A stretch of DNA of 64,000 nucleotides from positions 15,626,001 to 15,690,000 of the forward strand of contig CM075988.1 in assembly GCA_038087875.1 (NCBI GenBank), given 5' to 3'. Below the pieces are notes generated by a model. The model saw nothing but the letters and a program-made list of their open reading frames with translations, ran no database searches and was not told the DNA's origin. This stretch comes from Malacoraja senta (Eukaryota). Positions 23,546 through 36,600 of this stretch are shown here, in pieces (within the stretch, counting starts at the first letter, position 1; every line of letters begins with the position of its first letter). The translations under genes and the position numbers were made by a program.

Positions 23546-24451
23546 TAAACCGAAGATAGACACAGAAAGCTGGAGTAACTCAACGGGTCAGGCAGCGTCT
23601 CTGGAGAAAAGGAATAGGTGACGTTTTGGGTTGAGACACTTCTTCAGACTATCTTAGGGGTTCTTATTGTCAAGGTGATCTCGGGCTGAATGTAATGCCA
23701 GGGCGATATTGTCCTCCGTGAATCTACTTTGTCCTGTACACCAATTGCAAAGGGTCCAGATGATCTGGCAGAACTGTGGCAGCATCACTGGGCACAGAGC
23801 AACTGACAATACAGAGATGGGAGTTGGAAACTGCTGTGGGGGAGGATGCGTAAGTGGGACATGCACCCTGACGTCCCATTCAGGAGTGCAAACTGACCAC
23901 AAAAACACTGCCTGTAAGTCAGCCAATGCAAAACTGCTGTGGGCAGTTACTGCACTGAAGCTCATTCGTGAAGACCCCAGAATTGTGAGCAGGATGGGAC
24001 AGTTGTCATCTTGCCGCCCCATGCAGGTATTCAGTTATGATATGAAGAGGCGGTCACCATTTCCCGTGCTACTGCCACCCATTTGCGTTATTAACAGATG
24101 CCGCCATCATGGGCAAGTGTGCTACTGTTTGGCATCGAGCCGTTGGATGGAATCCTGAAATGGCCATGCCCAAATAGTTTTTGTCCCTGCAACACAAGAT
24201 ATGCCACCCTGTGTGCACGTACCTTGAAGCCCTCGTGCATGTGCTCCAAGCTGTACTTGGAATGATCCCAGTGACTTATCTCAGCCTGTCTCTGGTGCTG
24301 AAGAAAACTTTACAACATACCACAAAGATCGGGAAAGGCAATCAAGCTTCATTTAATACCATCGAATACTGTGGTCATGGGGAACAGTTAAATTAGATTG
24401 TTCACCGAACAACAATTCATGTGATCTTTTATTCAGTAACCCATAACCCTC

Positions 24452-24535
24452 AGTCTGAGGAAGGGTCTCGACCAGAAACGTCACCTATTCCTTTTCTCCA
24501 TAGATGCTGCCTGACCTGCCGAGTAAGTCCTGCTT
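24452..24535 (+). mobile_element. Penelope-derived fragment with a hammerhead ribozyme core motif
   Basis: CTGAGGA (24455-24461), then AGGGTCTCGACCA, GAAA (24475-24478) and C-GTC, followed by the family sequence ACCTATTCCTTTTCTCCA. Confidence 0.6.
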
Positions 24536-25895
24536 TATGTGCCTGTCACAGGTTTCACAAAGAAACGTCAGCATCAGAGACACTTCAGCATCCCTCTGTT
24601 ATCCACAGCTGTAAATCATGCAGCTCCCAGAAATATACACTCGTGCTTGGATCTCTTCAACCAACCCTCATGGGCCAGTCCAGCATCAGCATGCTCCAGG
24701 AACGATGTTATGGCAGTATTGTCCTCCCCAGCCTACAGAATGCCACCCACATTCAGCACAACTTCCTTCATTCTCACCCCAGTATCACACACTGCATGGA
24801 GTTTATTCGCACAGCAGGGGTTCAGCCGGCAACATTGCCGTCCCCTCCTTTGCTCTGAATCTGTCACACGTTGATTGTCGACTGGTTAAACCAGGGGTAT
24901 CTGCAGCACAACGTGTCACTCAGTGATATGTCCCTCCTTGGCTATGCACACATCACAGCTAGAAGGCGTTCAGGTGTCTACCAAGTCTCACAGAGTGAGG
25001 GGAAACTCCTTGCAAGAGTGGAGTTTGTTTGACTCCCATGCCTCAAAAGGCATGACCAGAATATGCTGAATCAACTTCCTGCATCCAGCATTGGCTTTAA
25101 TTCCCAACATTGCCTGTTATTCACATTATAGCCTTTAACAAGTATCTGTACACTGTGGATGATTCAGTTGTAATCTTGTGTTGTCTTTCTGACTGGTTAG
25201 CATGCAACAAAATCTTTTCATTGTACCTCGGTACATGTGTCATTAGACTAAACACAACTAAAGATATTAACTCTATTATCTGCACCAATACAAGCCGGGG
25301 ACTCGAAATGCTGAAGTAACTCAGTAGGCCAGAGTAACTCGGCAGGTCTGGCAACATCTCTGGGGAAAATAGATAGGGGACAAGATCGCCAGCTGTCTTT
25401 GCACTTTGATCCGCATGACGTGCCAGTTTCATCTGAAACGTTTGCAAAAATGTTACACTGTGGAAACAAGCAGGGTATAAAGGTCGCTGAGATCAGTGAG
25501 CTCATTAGATAGTGTTCCCTTCCTAATGGGCAGCAGACAGCCTGATGCACACTACAAATCCTCTTTACACTGCATGTTTATTAAATACAAGTAATAAATG
25601 AAAGATGAATTAGCTCTGAAATACTTTAAATGCTGGAATCATTCAGCAGATCAGCTAACAACTATAGAAAGGGGAACAAAGACCCTTTGTCAGAACTGGG
25701 AAGAAGAGAAGACAAGTTTGTTTTGATCTAAATTAGTGCAAACAATTACAGATGGCATCCTTGCTGCAGAAATGCCGAGGAGAGGGTTATTAGACCTTTA
25801 CGTGCAGTACAGAGTGTAGGTCACAGAGGACTGTGGTGCTGTGACCAGTTGTAGTAAGACGTGTGTGGCTGCAATGGAAACCTGAGCCTCTGACT

Positions 25896-26440
25896 GAATC
25901 AGAATCAGAATCACACTTTATTCGCCAAGTATGTTTTGCAACATACGAGGAATTTCATTGGCCAGGGCAGTCATACAATTAAAAGCAACAGACTCAAAAG
26001 CACATTTTAACATGAACATCCACCACAGTGACCTACACATTCCTCACTGTGACGGAAGGCGAAATAAAGTTCAAGTCCTTCCTTTTGTTCTTCATCGGTC
26101 GGGGGCCTCGAGCCTTCCGTTGACGGTCTTGACTCCCATAGCCGGCGGCGTTCGGGCCCTCCGCATCGAGGAGATCTGCTCCCGCATCGGGGGAATGTCA
26201 GCTCCCCCGCGCCGGGCGATCGAACCTCGCGTCGGGGCTGGTGAACTTTCCGGATGTATTCAAGAGTGAGTTGGATATAGCTCTTAGGGCTAACGGAATC
26301 AAGGGATATGGGGAGACAGCAGGAATGGGGGACTGATTCTGGATGATCAGCCCATGATCATATTGAATGGCGGTGCTGGCTCGAAGGGCCGAATGGCCTA
26401 CTCCTGCACCTATTTTCTATGTCTATGTGTATGTCTATGA
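25896..26440. mobile_element. GC-rich non-LTR 3' fragment (minus strand, (GATTCT)n tail, ~25896-26250) abutting a CR1 3' end (plus strand, ~26251-26440)
   Basis: (GAATCA)n followed by CTTTATT on the plus strand is a minus-strand tail with poly(A) signal. The downstream segment matches the CR1 3' end at ~43900-44070. Confidence 0.65.
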
Positions 26441-29400
26441 CATCCCTTGCAAGGGAGGAGTAATTTCCTGCTCTGACAAAGGGGGTAATTCACACAGGTC
26501 ACACAGTGGGTTGGAAAGGAATGACTGTAATGTGGATGAGGGTACTAGTATGTACTGAAAAGAGCAGTTACCAACGCCCACACCATGATGGCACCCTGCA
26601 GCCTGACAACCAACTGTACACCATGATTCTGGTCTCCAACAAGTTTCATTGTCATGTGTGTAATGTCCAGCTAAACCCATCCATGGTTCCATCCATTGCC
26701 TGCTCAATTTGTGTTCCTTCATCAAACACCTCTTAAAAGATAGACACAAAATGCTGGAGTAACTCAGCGGGTGAGACCTTTTAAAAGATTATGTACACAA
26801 TGTCAATACCTCATCAATCTTCTCTGTGTGTCTGTCAATAGTTCCAATCTTTTGTGCCCAGCCGACCATATTAGCAACAAATGATTTTGGTGTAATGAAT
26901 TATTTATTCTAAATGTTATATGAAAATGTGAATATCACCCTCTGCAGCAAATGCACAAAGATGGAGCCCTCTAATGGAACTCACTGCTGATTCCCATCCA
27001 GCTGAAACATCCCCATGAAACATACAACATGGAACAGGCCCTTCAGTTCACCAGGTCTTTGCCAGCCATCAGTTACCCATTTACATTAATTCTATATTAA
27101 TCACCATTTTTTCCTGCTCATATTCTTATCCATTCAAGTTGTCCTTAATTCTAACTTGTTGTTTCCATCAACAGATAGTTTTGAATCCAATTTGCTGCTC
27201 TTCCCTTAATCTCAAACAGTGACTTCTGTACAGGTATTTTCTGAAAGTCATTCACTCACAGCCATTTCATCCCTCAGTCCTTCTTATCTATTACTTCTTT
27301 TGAGCTGTTGGTCAGGTTTGTTAAACAATATCATCCTTTCCTCAACCTATATAATTAGTTAGTAAAAAATTTGAAGCATCAACATTACCCTTATGACAGA
27401 AGTTCAGCAAAATGTTTTTTATTGTCCAGATCAATTCTACTTGAATTTTTATTTCGGTCATTCTCCAATTCTCTGGCATACATCTTTCTGAAATACAGTT
27501 TCTTGAACTGGATGTGGAAATGGATTATGTGCAGCAGATGAGTTTAGTTGAACTTGGCATCATGTTCAGCAAGGACATTGTGGCCCGAATGGCATGTTCC
27601 TATGTGTATGTTCTATATTGTACGTTTAAGGTCCACCTTCCTCTTTCTCCCCCGATACCTTGGGATACATCTCCTCACGTGCACAACATTTTTTCCAGCA
27701 AAGCTTAAATTATCTCACTCACATCCTGATGAATGGTCATTGACCTGAAACTATAACTCTACTTCTCTCTTCCCGCACACACTGCCTGACCTGCTGGGTA
27801 TTTCCAGCATTTTGTTTTCACTTCAATTTTCCACCAACTGCACCATCCTGATTTTCAGTGATTCCCTTCTGTCTTGGATCCACATGCACTCATTAAGGAC
27901 TCTGCTTGAGAAAGGTATGTGGCACAGATTTTCAAAATTCTATTCCCCTTTCTCCATATACACCCTCCCTGGCCATAAATGTGTACTTCATGAACTTTCC
28001 TCTGACCATAATGTTGTCATTCCTGCCTATTTCCCTTATCTGGTTGCAAGCTCCCTCTGTGTGTTTTCCACTCAGAGCCCCTGCATAAAATTACTTCCTC
28101 CCCTAAATTCACCAATGCCACCATTCCTCTGGTCTTATTGATTGTGCAGCACTCTGACCTGAATCACGAGAGAGAAACACGTCAGGGATTTGAAAGCATA
28201 ATCAATATATAGACTTCAGAGTGACACTGAAGAAATGTTGTTTAAATGGACTTTAAACCAAAGCCTCATCTGCCCATTCACCTGATCACCAAAAATACCA
28301 TAACCTTATTCAAAGGGTAATTTCATGAAATCACTATCTACTGTGGATTGAACAGTATTATCAAATCACTTATATTAGTGCTGTGTCTAAATTCTGCATT
28401 GCAACACTTCAAAACATTAATTGTTGTAAAGTATTTGGGGGGGGGGGGGGGCTGTAGAGTGCTATATAAATGCAAGCCTCTCCTTAAAAGATTACATTAG
28501 GATGGACTGGAATTTGCACCGAAACTTTATTCACATTGTCAACACTGTGTGAAGCTGACAGCTACTTCAGAAGTCTCCATGAGGCTGTTAAATACAGATA
28601 TCAAAAATGCTGTCAATGAAACTCTTTTACAGAAGACAACAAACTATTTAATCCACGTACGATTGCTGACTCAATGTACACTTCAGCCAGTTTTGCACAT
28701 TGCTCACAATAAAAACTGTTGCAAACGATGTCCTCTTGAAAGAGGCACCACTGTTTTTAAGGAGATAAAATTGTTTTTGAACCACACCTGCCCCCTAAAG
28801 ACCTAAGTTTAGAAGTGTGGGTACTTATATTTCTGTAAAATAACATTTGCAACCTTTAGAATTTTAAAATTAAAATTTTCCCCTCATATTGTTCTTGATG
28901 TAGACCATTTGCCCTTTGAATCAATGTCTTTCCCATATCAATCCCATTATCCATTCCTCCACTGTAAACTCATCTCTCTCACACGACCATTAGTTTCAAC
29001 CTGCTTCATTGACTTCCACTATGTGTAATTAATGGCAACCAATTAATCTACCACTCTGCACAGCTTTGGGATATGGGAGGAAATTGGAGCACCCAAGGAA
29101 AATCTATGTGACCACTGGGAGAATGGATACAGTCCACACAGACGCAACAAAGTTCAAGACTGAACCCAGGTTGTTGGAGCCCTGAGGCTGCAACACTACC
29201 CATGACACCATTGTGCCGTCCCCTTTAACGAGATTCCAGATTTGTAATTCACACCATTCGTTTCCCTTTAAAGTTTTTTTGTCTAATAACTTATGTCTAA
29301 AAGAAAAATACTGCAAACGTTGAAGTAAAATGTAAAACGTTGCAGAACTTGTGAAGGGAGAGTTAACATTTCATGACGTTTACGACGTGTGATTAGTTTC

Positions 29401-29949
29401 AAACCCAAGCTTCTTTCCAAGCTGAAGGTTTTCCTAAATTTAACTTGTAATTGTTTAGTAACTTTATACAGTTGTAGTTTGTCTACTTGCTCATTACTAT
29501 GTCAATTTCCTTGCTTGTTTCCTTCCTTTTGAAAGGGAAATTTTGAAACTTACTGCAGGACCTCAATGGCAAGGATAATAATTTTAGAATACTTAAACTC
29601 AAGGTTACTCGAGATCAGAATTGCAGCTGCATATCAGAATGGATATCACAGAGAGTTACAAGACTGATGGAGATTGCAGAGATACAGAAGAGGGAGTTCA
29701 GCAATCCACATTCTACAAATCAGGCTCAAAAATTGTAATTAATGACTCCAGAATCAATTCTTTCCCCCAAATAAATGAATTGGAAAGGTGATAAAAGGCT
29801 TTTAACAACGTCAAGGAATTTTGAGTTTCAAAGCAATTCCACAGTTCAGGGATGTCGTTTGGCTATGCACTTTTCTAGTTTCCTTTGAGTTCTCTAATTG
29901 CTGGTGGTGAAAGATCTGCCATAGCTGAAGGCTGAGACTAAAAATTATG

Positions 29950-30223
29950 CTGATTGACGTTTGTACATGGGGGGAATTATCTTTTGAGCGTTCTCCTCAA
30001 TTTTGTTGTCCTTTTTGTAGCCACCGCTGAAGTGAACAATCGGTTCTACCTACTGTTTGATGTTGATGCTGAGATCTTTGTTGTACAACTCCAGATTTTG
30101 TTTTCAAGCATTTAACAGTCGTAAGATTTGCTTTCAGTTTGTTGGTTAGTTACCGATGTAAGGGACCACCTTTTGGATCACAAGTCTCTCTCTCTCTCCC
30201 TCATCCTTACCTCTGTACTCGAA
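29950..30223 (-). pseudogene. Decayed continuation of apoA-IV-type repeats downstream of the stop codon
   Basis: Shifted frames read IQKVVPYIGN / LTNKLKANLTTV / KQNLELYNKDLSINIKQ*VE, which aligns with NQKLNPYIAELKVKLNETV..DQNLAPYIENLNTNINQRIEE of the intact copies. Confidence 0.65.
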
Positions 30224-33200
30224 TTATTTGACACAAGCTTTCAGGGCCATTTCGCTGGACATTTGGCTCACCTTTCTAAAACTATCTTTGAGAATAGGAG
30301 TCAACTTGCTGAGCAGCTCCTCGAGGACCTGGTCAAGTTTGTCAGTGTTCCCCCCCTCATGGCCTGACGCACTCTGGTTGTCCATGTCTTCCGTGATTTT
30401 CTTTTGCAGTTGCGGAAAGAATGGTCCCAGCACATCCCTCACCTCCTTAGTGTTGTCCGTGTTGTTCGGAAGGTCCTTGTTGTTGGGATTCCATATCTGC
30501 CCCTGATGTTTGTTGCTGTTGTTGTGTTGAGGGCTGGGTTTCTCGGCAATGGGCGTCAGCCTTTGTGTAAGTGCTTCGACATTCTGGCTCATCGTCAGAC
30601 GCACGTTCTCAATGGCAGCTGACAGCCTGTCACTCAGGTCGCCCAGCTGCTGCGCAAACTGCTGCTGAATAGCATCTGTTCTCTCCGACATCTTTGTTTC
30701 AAAGTTGTCTCTGAGGAGAGCCAGACTCGGGTTGTACGGTGTGATGCTGGGGGAAGCAACAAGAAAAGGAAAGGAGATGAGTTTCAAAGTTTGCTTTGCT
30801 TGAAAGTTTCCTAGTGACTGGATACTTAGAGTCATAGGGTCATAGAGGGTGGTACGTGTATGGATCGAGCTTCCAGAGGAGGTAGTTGAGGCAGGTACTG
30901 TCGCAATGTTTAAGAAACATTTAGACAGGTACATGGATAAGACAAGTTTAAAGGGATATGGGGCAAATGCAGGCAGGTGGAACTAGTGTAGATGGGACAT
31001 TCTGGCCGGTGTGGGCAGGTTGAGCCGAAGGACCTGTTTTCACCTTGTATGACTATGAACTGGATACTTAGTGAAGATTCAGAACATAGCGGAGAGTGAG
31101 ATCACCCTAACATCCTCGCAGTTAGTGCCTGTGGTGGGAATTTGGTGATGGATACATATATACATGGGAAATATGTTCAAGAAGGAACTGCAGATGCTGG
31201 AAAATCGAAGGTAGACAAAAATGCTGGAGAAACTCAGCGGGTGCGGCAGCATCTATGGAGCGAAGGAAATAGACAACGTTTCGGGCCGAAACCCTTCTAC
31301 ATGGGAAATATAGCTGGAGTAGGTCAATTGGCTCTTCAGGCCATGACCACAATCATGACTGATAACCCATCTCAATGACAAATTCCTGCTATCTCTTTGG
31401 ACCACTTAAAGTTTTTTGTGTCTAGAAATGGTGCAGCGGTAATGTTGCTGCCTGACAGAGTTAGGTTTGATCCTAACTATGGGTGCATTTTGAATGGAAT
31501 TTGTACGGTCTCCCAATGACCACGTGGGTTTTCTCTGGGTGCTCTGGTTTCATCCCACATTCCAAAGATGTGCAGGTTTGTAGGTTAGTCAAGTCAAGTC
31601 AAGTCACATTTATTTATATAGCACAATTAAAAAACAACTCTCGTTGGCCAAAGTGCTTTACATTTGTTATAAGAATAATATAAACAAACAAACTACATAC
31701 ATATATACATATAACCCTTGCTCAGAGGACGTCAAGAAAGGCTTGGGATTATAGATACGTTTTTAGTCTTGACTTAAAGGAGTCGATGGAGGGGGCAGTT
31801 CTGATGGGAAGGTTAATTGGCTTCTGTAAAAAATTTCCCCAGTGTGTAAGATAGAACTAGTGTAGGGGTGATCGTATGCGGACTTGATGGGCCAAAGGGC
31901 TGTATCTTCAAACTAAACTAAATATAAACACCAAGTGCTTGAATAACTCAGCGGGTCAGCTGAGTCTATCTTTGGTATAAACCAGCAAATGCGATTTCTT
32001 ATATTCTACATTCTAAACTAAATTAATCTCCTACTTAAATATATTTACCTCCTTAATATATATTTAGTAACTTTAGTGACTTAACTTTCATTGTCTTTTG
32101 TGGTAGAGAATTCCACAGGTTCACTAACCTCTAGAGGAAAACGTTCTCCTCCTTACCATCCTAAATGTCTGAACTCGTTCCCTAACACTGTGACAGAATT
32201 TTCTATTTTTCAATGAGATATGTTTTTATTCTTCTAAACTCCAGTGAACATAATTGACCCAAATTCTCCTCAGGCGAGAACCCTGCCATCTGGGGTACGG
32301 TCTGGCGAATCTTTGTACCAAGTTCTTCCCTTTCATAGGCAAGGAAACTAAAATTGCACACAATATTCTACTGTAATTATACCAAAGGTTTGTATAATAG
32401 CAGCAAGGCATTGTTTCTCCTGTACTCAAAACCTCTCGCGATGGCCGATGTACCATTTGCCTTCTTAACTGCTTGCTTCACTGGCATGATTGCTTCGAGC
32501 AACTGGTATGTGAGAGAATAAATATGCTATTGTACATCAACATTATCATTTAAGCAATAATCTGCCTTTGTATTTTTTGTACCAAAGAGGATAACTTCAC
32601 ACCATCTACGTAGACACAAGGAACTACAGATGCTGATTTTCAAACATAGACACAAAGTCGAAATGTCACCTATCCATGTTCCCGCAGAGATGCTGCCTGT
32701 CCCGCTGAGTTACTTTCTATCCTCTTTTCACACTATCTATGTTTTACGACATTTCCTAAGTATGTCCACTCACTCAACTTGTCTAAATTGTTTTGAAACG
32801 TTTTAGCACCTTTCTCATAGCTCACAATCCCACTCAGTTTCATGTTGCTGGCAGACTCAGACTCACCCAACTCCCTGATCCAAATCACAAATATATATTG
32901 TGAATACTTGGGGTACAAGGCAGCATGGTGGCACAGTGGGAGAGTTGCTGCCTTACAGCGCCAGAGTCCCGGGTTCGATCCCAACAATGGGTACTGTCTG
33001 TATGGAGTATTACGTTCTCCCTGTGACCACGTGGGTTTTCTCCGAGATCTTCGGTTTCTTTCCACACTCCAAAGATGTACAGGTTTGTAGGTTAATTAGC
33101 TTGGTATAATTTGTCCCTAGTATGTGTAGGATAGTGTTAATGTGTCCGGGTCGCTGGTTGGTGCGGACTCGGTGGGCCGAAGGACCTGTTTCTGCGCTGT

Positions 33201-36200
33201 ATCTCTAAACTAAACTGAACTAAACTAAACAGACACTGTTCCTTGCTATGCCACTTCTGAATCCTACTCTTTGCTGCCTGCCTGTGAGACAATTTTCAAT
33301 CTGTGCTAGTACATTGCCCTCAATCCAGTGTAGTTGCCACTTACATGGAACTTTATCAGAGGCCATAAAAAAATCCAAACACACCACATCTGCTGGATAC
33401 TCTACCAGTTGCAGCCTCAAAACACTTCAGTAAATTTGTCATACATGATTTCTTTATCATAAATCCCTGATACCTTTGTTAATCCTAGCTGAGTTGCTGA
33501 GAACTTTGGGATATAAGGCAAAACATTAAGACTGAGATGAGGGAACATTTTTGCACTGATTTTGTGAAATTCACTACTATGTAGGCATGTTACAATACTT
33601 ACCTTCAGCGGCACTGCAATTCTGCCACTGGCCATGTGCGCGATTTGGGCGCCTTTAAGGGGGGGGCGGGGTTAAAACGCGGGTTTCTCCTACCTTGTCG
33701 TTGGAGTACAAGCGTTTGCTGAAAAATCGTTCCTATGGGCGTTTTGTGTATTTTTTATTTTTATTAAATCGACAATGTCAGCGCTGGAATTATTTTAAAA
33801 TCAGCTTCTGAAGCCGTCAACGCCGACAACGGGGACGGATTTCACACACGGGACAGGTAAACGAAAGTAGTTTATTTTAATGTATATAGGTGCTTCTTAA
33901 GAAGCCTTTAATTCACATTTTTTAATGCGAAACGGTGATTCTTTTCCCCGAACTAACGGCAGTATTTTTCATGCCGATACGGGGTTAAATTCACCGCAGA
34001 TCAACTTTCCAAATGATCGCATTCCAGAAAACCTCACTCGCAAGATTATTTAAATGGCCATTAATTTACAGGTATTAAACATTAAATTCCTTCCATTTGG
34101 CCTGTAAATCCATGACAATGAGATTTAAAAATTATGTTATATTGTGAATTCTTGTGTGAATGTTATTTCAACACTTAGGCTATTTAAAAATGTAAATCTA
34201 TTCTTAAGAAATTGATAGATGTTTAGATCTAGTAATTGAATTTTGTAATTAGCTACAATTAGGTAACTAACTAATTATATGCTTTAATTTCATGTCATCT
34301 AAGTAAGATTGTTTCATATTTGTTTCAGAATGCTTCAATCTATAATAACTGAAAATTTCTTTCAGTTCTCTTAATTTTTAAGAAAGTTATGGGCTTTTGA
34401 CTGTCCTCAATCACAGCTTTTGTGTTAAGTCAATGGAAAAGCGATAGGGAACAAAATGCTAATTTCCGAGTATGAAAATGGCCATAACGTTTTTAATACT
34501 GAAGATATGAAAGTGAATTAGGTGTCAAATTAAACTTGTTTTTATGCTTTATCTGATGGGATAAATTGCAGACTTTATTTTTTTAATCTCAAAATTTTGT
34601 AACATTGCTATACTATGGGTAGGGTAGATCACTGAATTTATTTAAGAAGGATATGGATTCACTTTTCAACACAATCGGCTAATAGTGGGTATGGGAAGAG
34701 AGTGGGAATATGGTGTTGAGACAGGAGATGAATCATAATAGTATTGAATGACAGAGAAAGCACAAGGGGCCTAATGGCCTACTCCAACAAATACCCATTA
34801 ACCTAACAACCATTTGCAGATCATTGCCTTCCACTCAATAACGGAAGTTGGCTCAATCCAGTCACTTTGCAAAGTCTGATCAATTTTTGTAGGTCGACCA
34901 ATTTAGATTTGATATGCCAACTTTTCAATTACATTTTCTTATTCAATATTTTTGCCATTTCTTTTGACAGGGTCCCAGCCCATACTAATAACCCCACTTC
35001 ACACCTGGTACTCACAGGTGTCGCTGGTCAACATTTGAACCATGGATCAGGTCTGCACCATCTTTGGCGTCGTTCTTCAATTCCTTGATGCATTCAGTCA
35101 AAGCATTTAGTAACTGATCTTCTTCATGGGCCAAAGAGCCTTTGGAGAGGAAGGAAATGGGAGGATTAGAGCAGGAGCAAATTTAAAAAAAATCGATATG
35201 ATTTAAACAGTCTGATATTATACAGCCTGATGAAGGGTCTCTAACCGAAACGTCACCTATGCCTTTTCTCCAGAGATGCTGAGTTACACCAGCATTCTGC
35301 GTCTAAATATATCAATAGTTTACTTCATGGACGTGGTTTGTTCTAGGTTAAGAATTTGCCCTGATAACAGAGACAAAGCCCTTTGCTTTACAAGGCTGTT
35401 TGTGTGTTAACATCATAGCATCAGTAATTCTGTACTTGTTCTATAATTCTGTATCTTAGCTACCGGACTGTCACATGCAGGTTACCTGAAGGTGTATTGA
35501 GAACAATTAATCTTCAGTGGAAGAGTTAACCACGCAGTATTATACTGATCACTTGCTAAATACCCATCTACTACATAACTGCTCGCTTAATAACTACCTG
35601 TTGTACACCCAACTGCTGTACTCCCAACTGTATTTACGTGTTAATTTAATACCAGGCAGCTGCACACGCACTTGTTATTTACTCAGTAACAGCCTATCTA
35701 GGACCAGTCTGTTGAACACTTGCCTGTTGTATATTGCCTGTTTAATCCCACCACTTATACTTACCTGTGTCACACCAATTTATGACTCGCCCACCTGTTA
35801 TATACCCCAGTTCATTTAACAATGACCAAATCCTCCTCTCATTCACCTACTCTTTGTTTTGCATCCATCTGTTATAAACTTGCCTGTTAAAGAATAACCA
35901 CTTGTACTTTTTCCAATGTACACACCAAGTTATTAAATACAAGCTCTCTGTACAACTGTCCGTGATACATTTTCCGGTCGTGTGCCTGGCTTGATGCATG
36001 ATACTGAAGGAGATCAAACTGATATCAGGGTTAGCTCGGTGCATTGAAGATGAAAAGATGGGCTCAGTAATTGCAATTGGGTATTGGAATACGGTGAAGA
36101 TGTGTGCTGAGTTTGTACCATTCTCAGAACCATTTCCTAATGGTTCTAAGAATGGTACAAAAACCTATCTTTAGATCAGGCACCACACCAAATAATCAGA

Positions 36201-36266
36201 GGAAAATTAAAGATACCAACCCGAGATTGTGAGGATGATTGAAATCACAGTTGTCTTGATTATCAT
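30224..36266 (-). CDS. Divergent apoA-IV-like apolipoprotein; coding exons 36266-36221, 35139-35016, 30746-30224; 230 aa (may be decaying)
   Basis: Kozak CCACCATG, signal-like MIIKTTVISIILTISG (phase 1), a 124-nt exon SLAHEEDQLLNALTECIKELKNDAKDGADLIHGSNVDQRHL (phase 2) aligning to apoA-IV exon 3, and a last exon with apo repeats (MSQNVEALTQRLTP, VRDVLGPF, LLSKLTP). GT-AG sites and phases splice into one open frame. Confidence 0.8.
31175..31297 (-). mobile_element. Penelope-derived fragment flanked by a 14-bp direct repeat
   Basis: TACATGGGAAATAT at 31161-31174 and 31298-31311. Similar fragments with 15-bp direct repeats occur at 41118-41202 (TGGACATAATTCAAA) and ~61252-61458 (TTAGGATAGCTTTGT). 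Confidence 0.7.
31428..31922 (+). mobile_element. V-SINE split by an antisense L2-type 3'-end insertion (~31588-31809)
   Basis: The SINE halves resume across the insert; AGGTTA is duplicated at 31582-31587 and 31810-31815; a (TTGAC)n tail lies on the minus strand. Confidence 0.7.
32919..33230 (+). mobile_element. V-SINE (HE1-like) inserted into an old minus-strand CR1 fragment (~32050-33500)
   Basis: GGCAGCATGGTGGCACAGTGG..GGGTTCGATCC boxes and a (CTAAA)n tail. Flanks translate to CR1 RT motifs (DVVCLDFFMASDKVP, IENCLTGRQQRVG). Confidence 0.85.
33582..34610. mobile_element. Non-autonomous DNA transposon with hAT-like TAG...CTA termini
   Basis: Imperfect TIRs TAGGCATGTTACAA and TTGTAACATTGCTA; direct repeat TACTATG at 33575-33581 and 34611-34617; no ORF. 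Confidence 0.75.
35227..35305 (+). mobile_element. Penelope-derived fragment with a canonical hammerhead core
   Basis: CTGATGA (35227-35233), AGGGTCTCTAACC, GAAA (35247-35250), C-GTC, then ACCTAT. Confidence 0.6.
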
Positions 36267-36600
36267 GGTGGATGTTTCGAGGTACGATCTATCTCTGAAT
36301 GGAAGCGAAAACCTGAGATTTACTCATATTTAACTTCTAAAATGCTATGCAAATTTATTTTGGTCTCTTTATGGTTTCAGACTATAGTTACTCATTTACA
36401 CTTTGATGTTTTTGACCTGGATAATGAGAATTTGTTGACCGTTCAATGTAATCCATAACCATTTGGACTGATATAAGTATCAGTAGCAAAGTCACTGGAG
36501 GAAAACAACTCTCTCTCCTAAAGTTGTCCAACACATTTAACGTTGACTTTGGTTGAATACATTCCAGATCCGCACATAACCCCAACAGGCAAAACCTCAC

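Noticed and set aside
30747..30934. N-terminal part of the 236-aa ORF
   Set aside because: Intron sequence and antisense CR1 tail; the exon begins at the acceptor at 30746.
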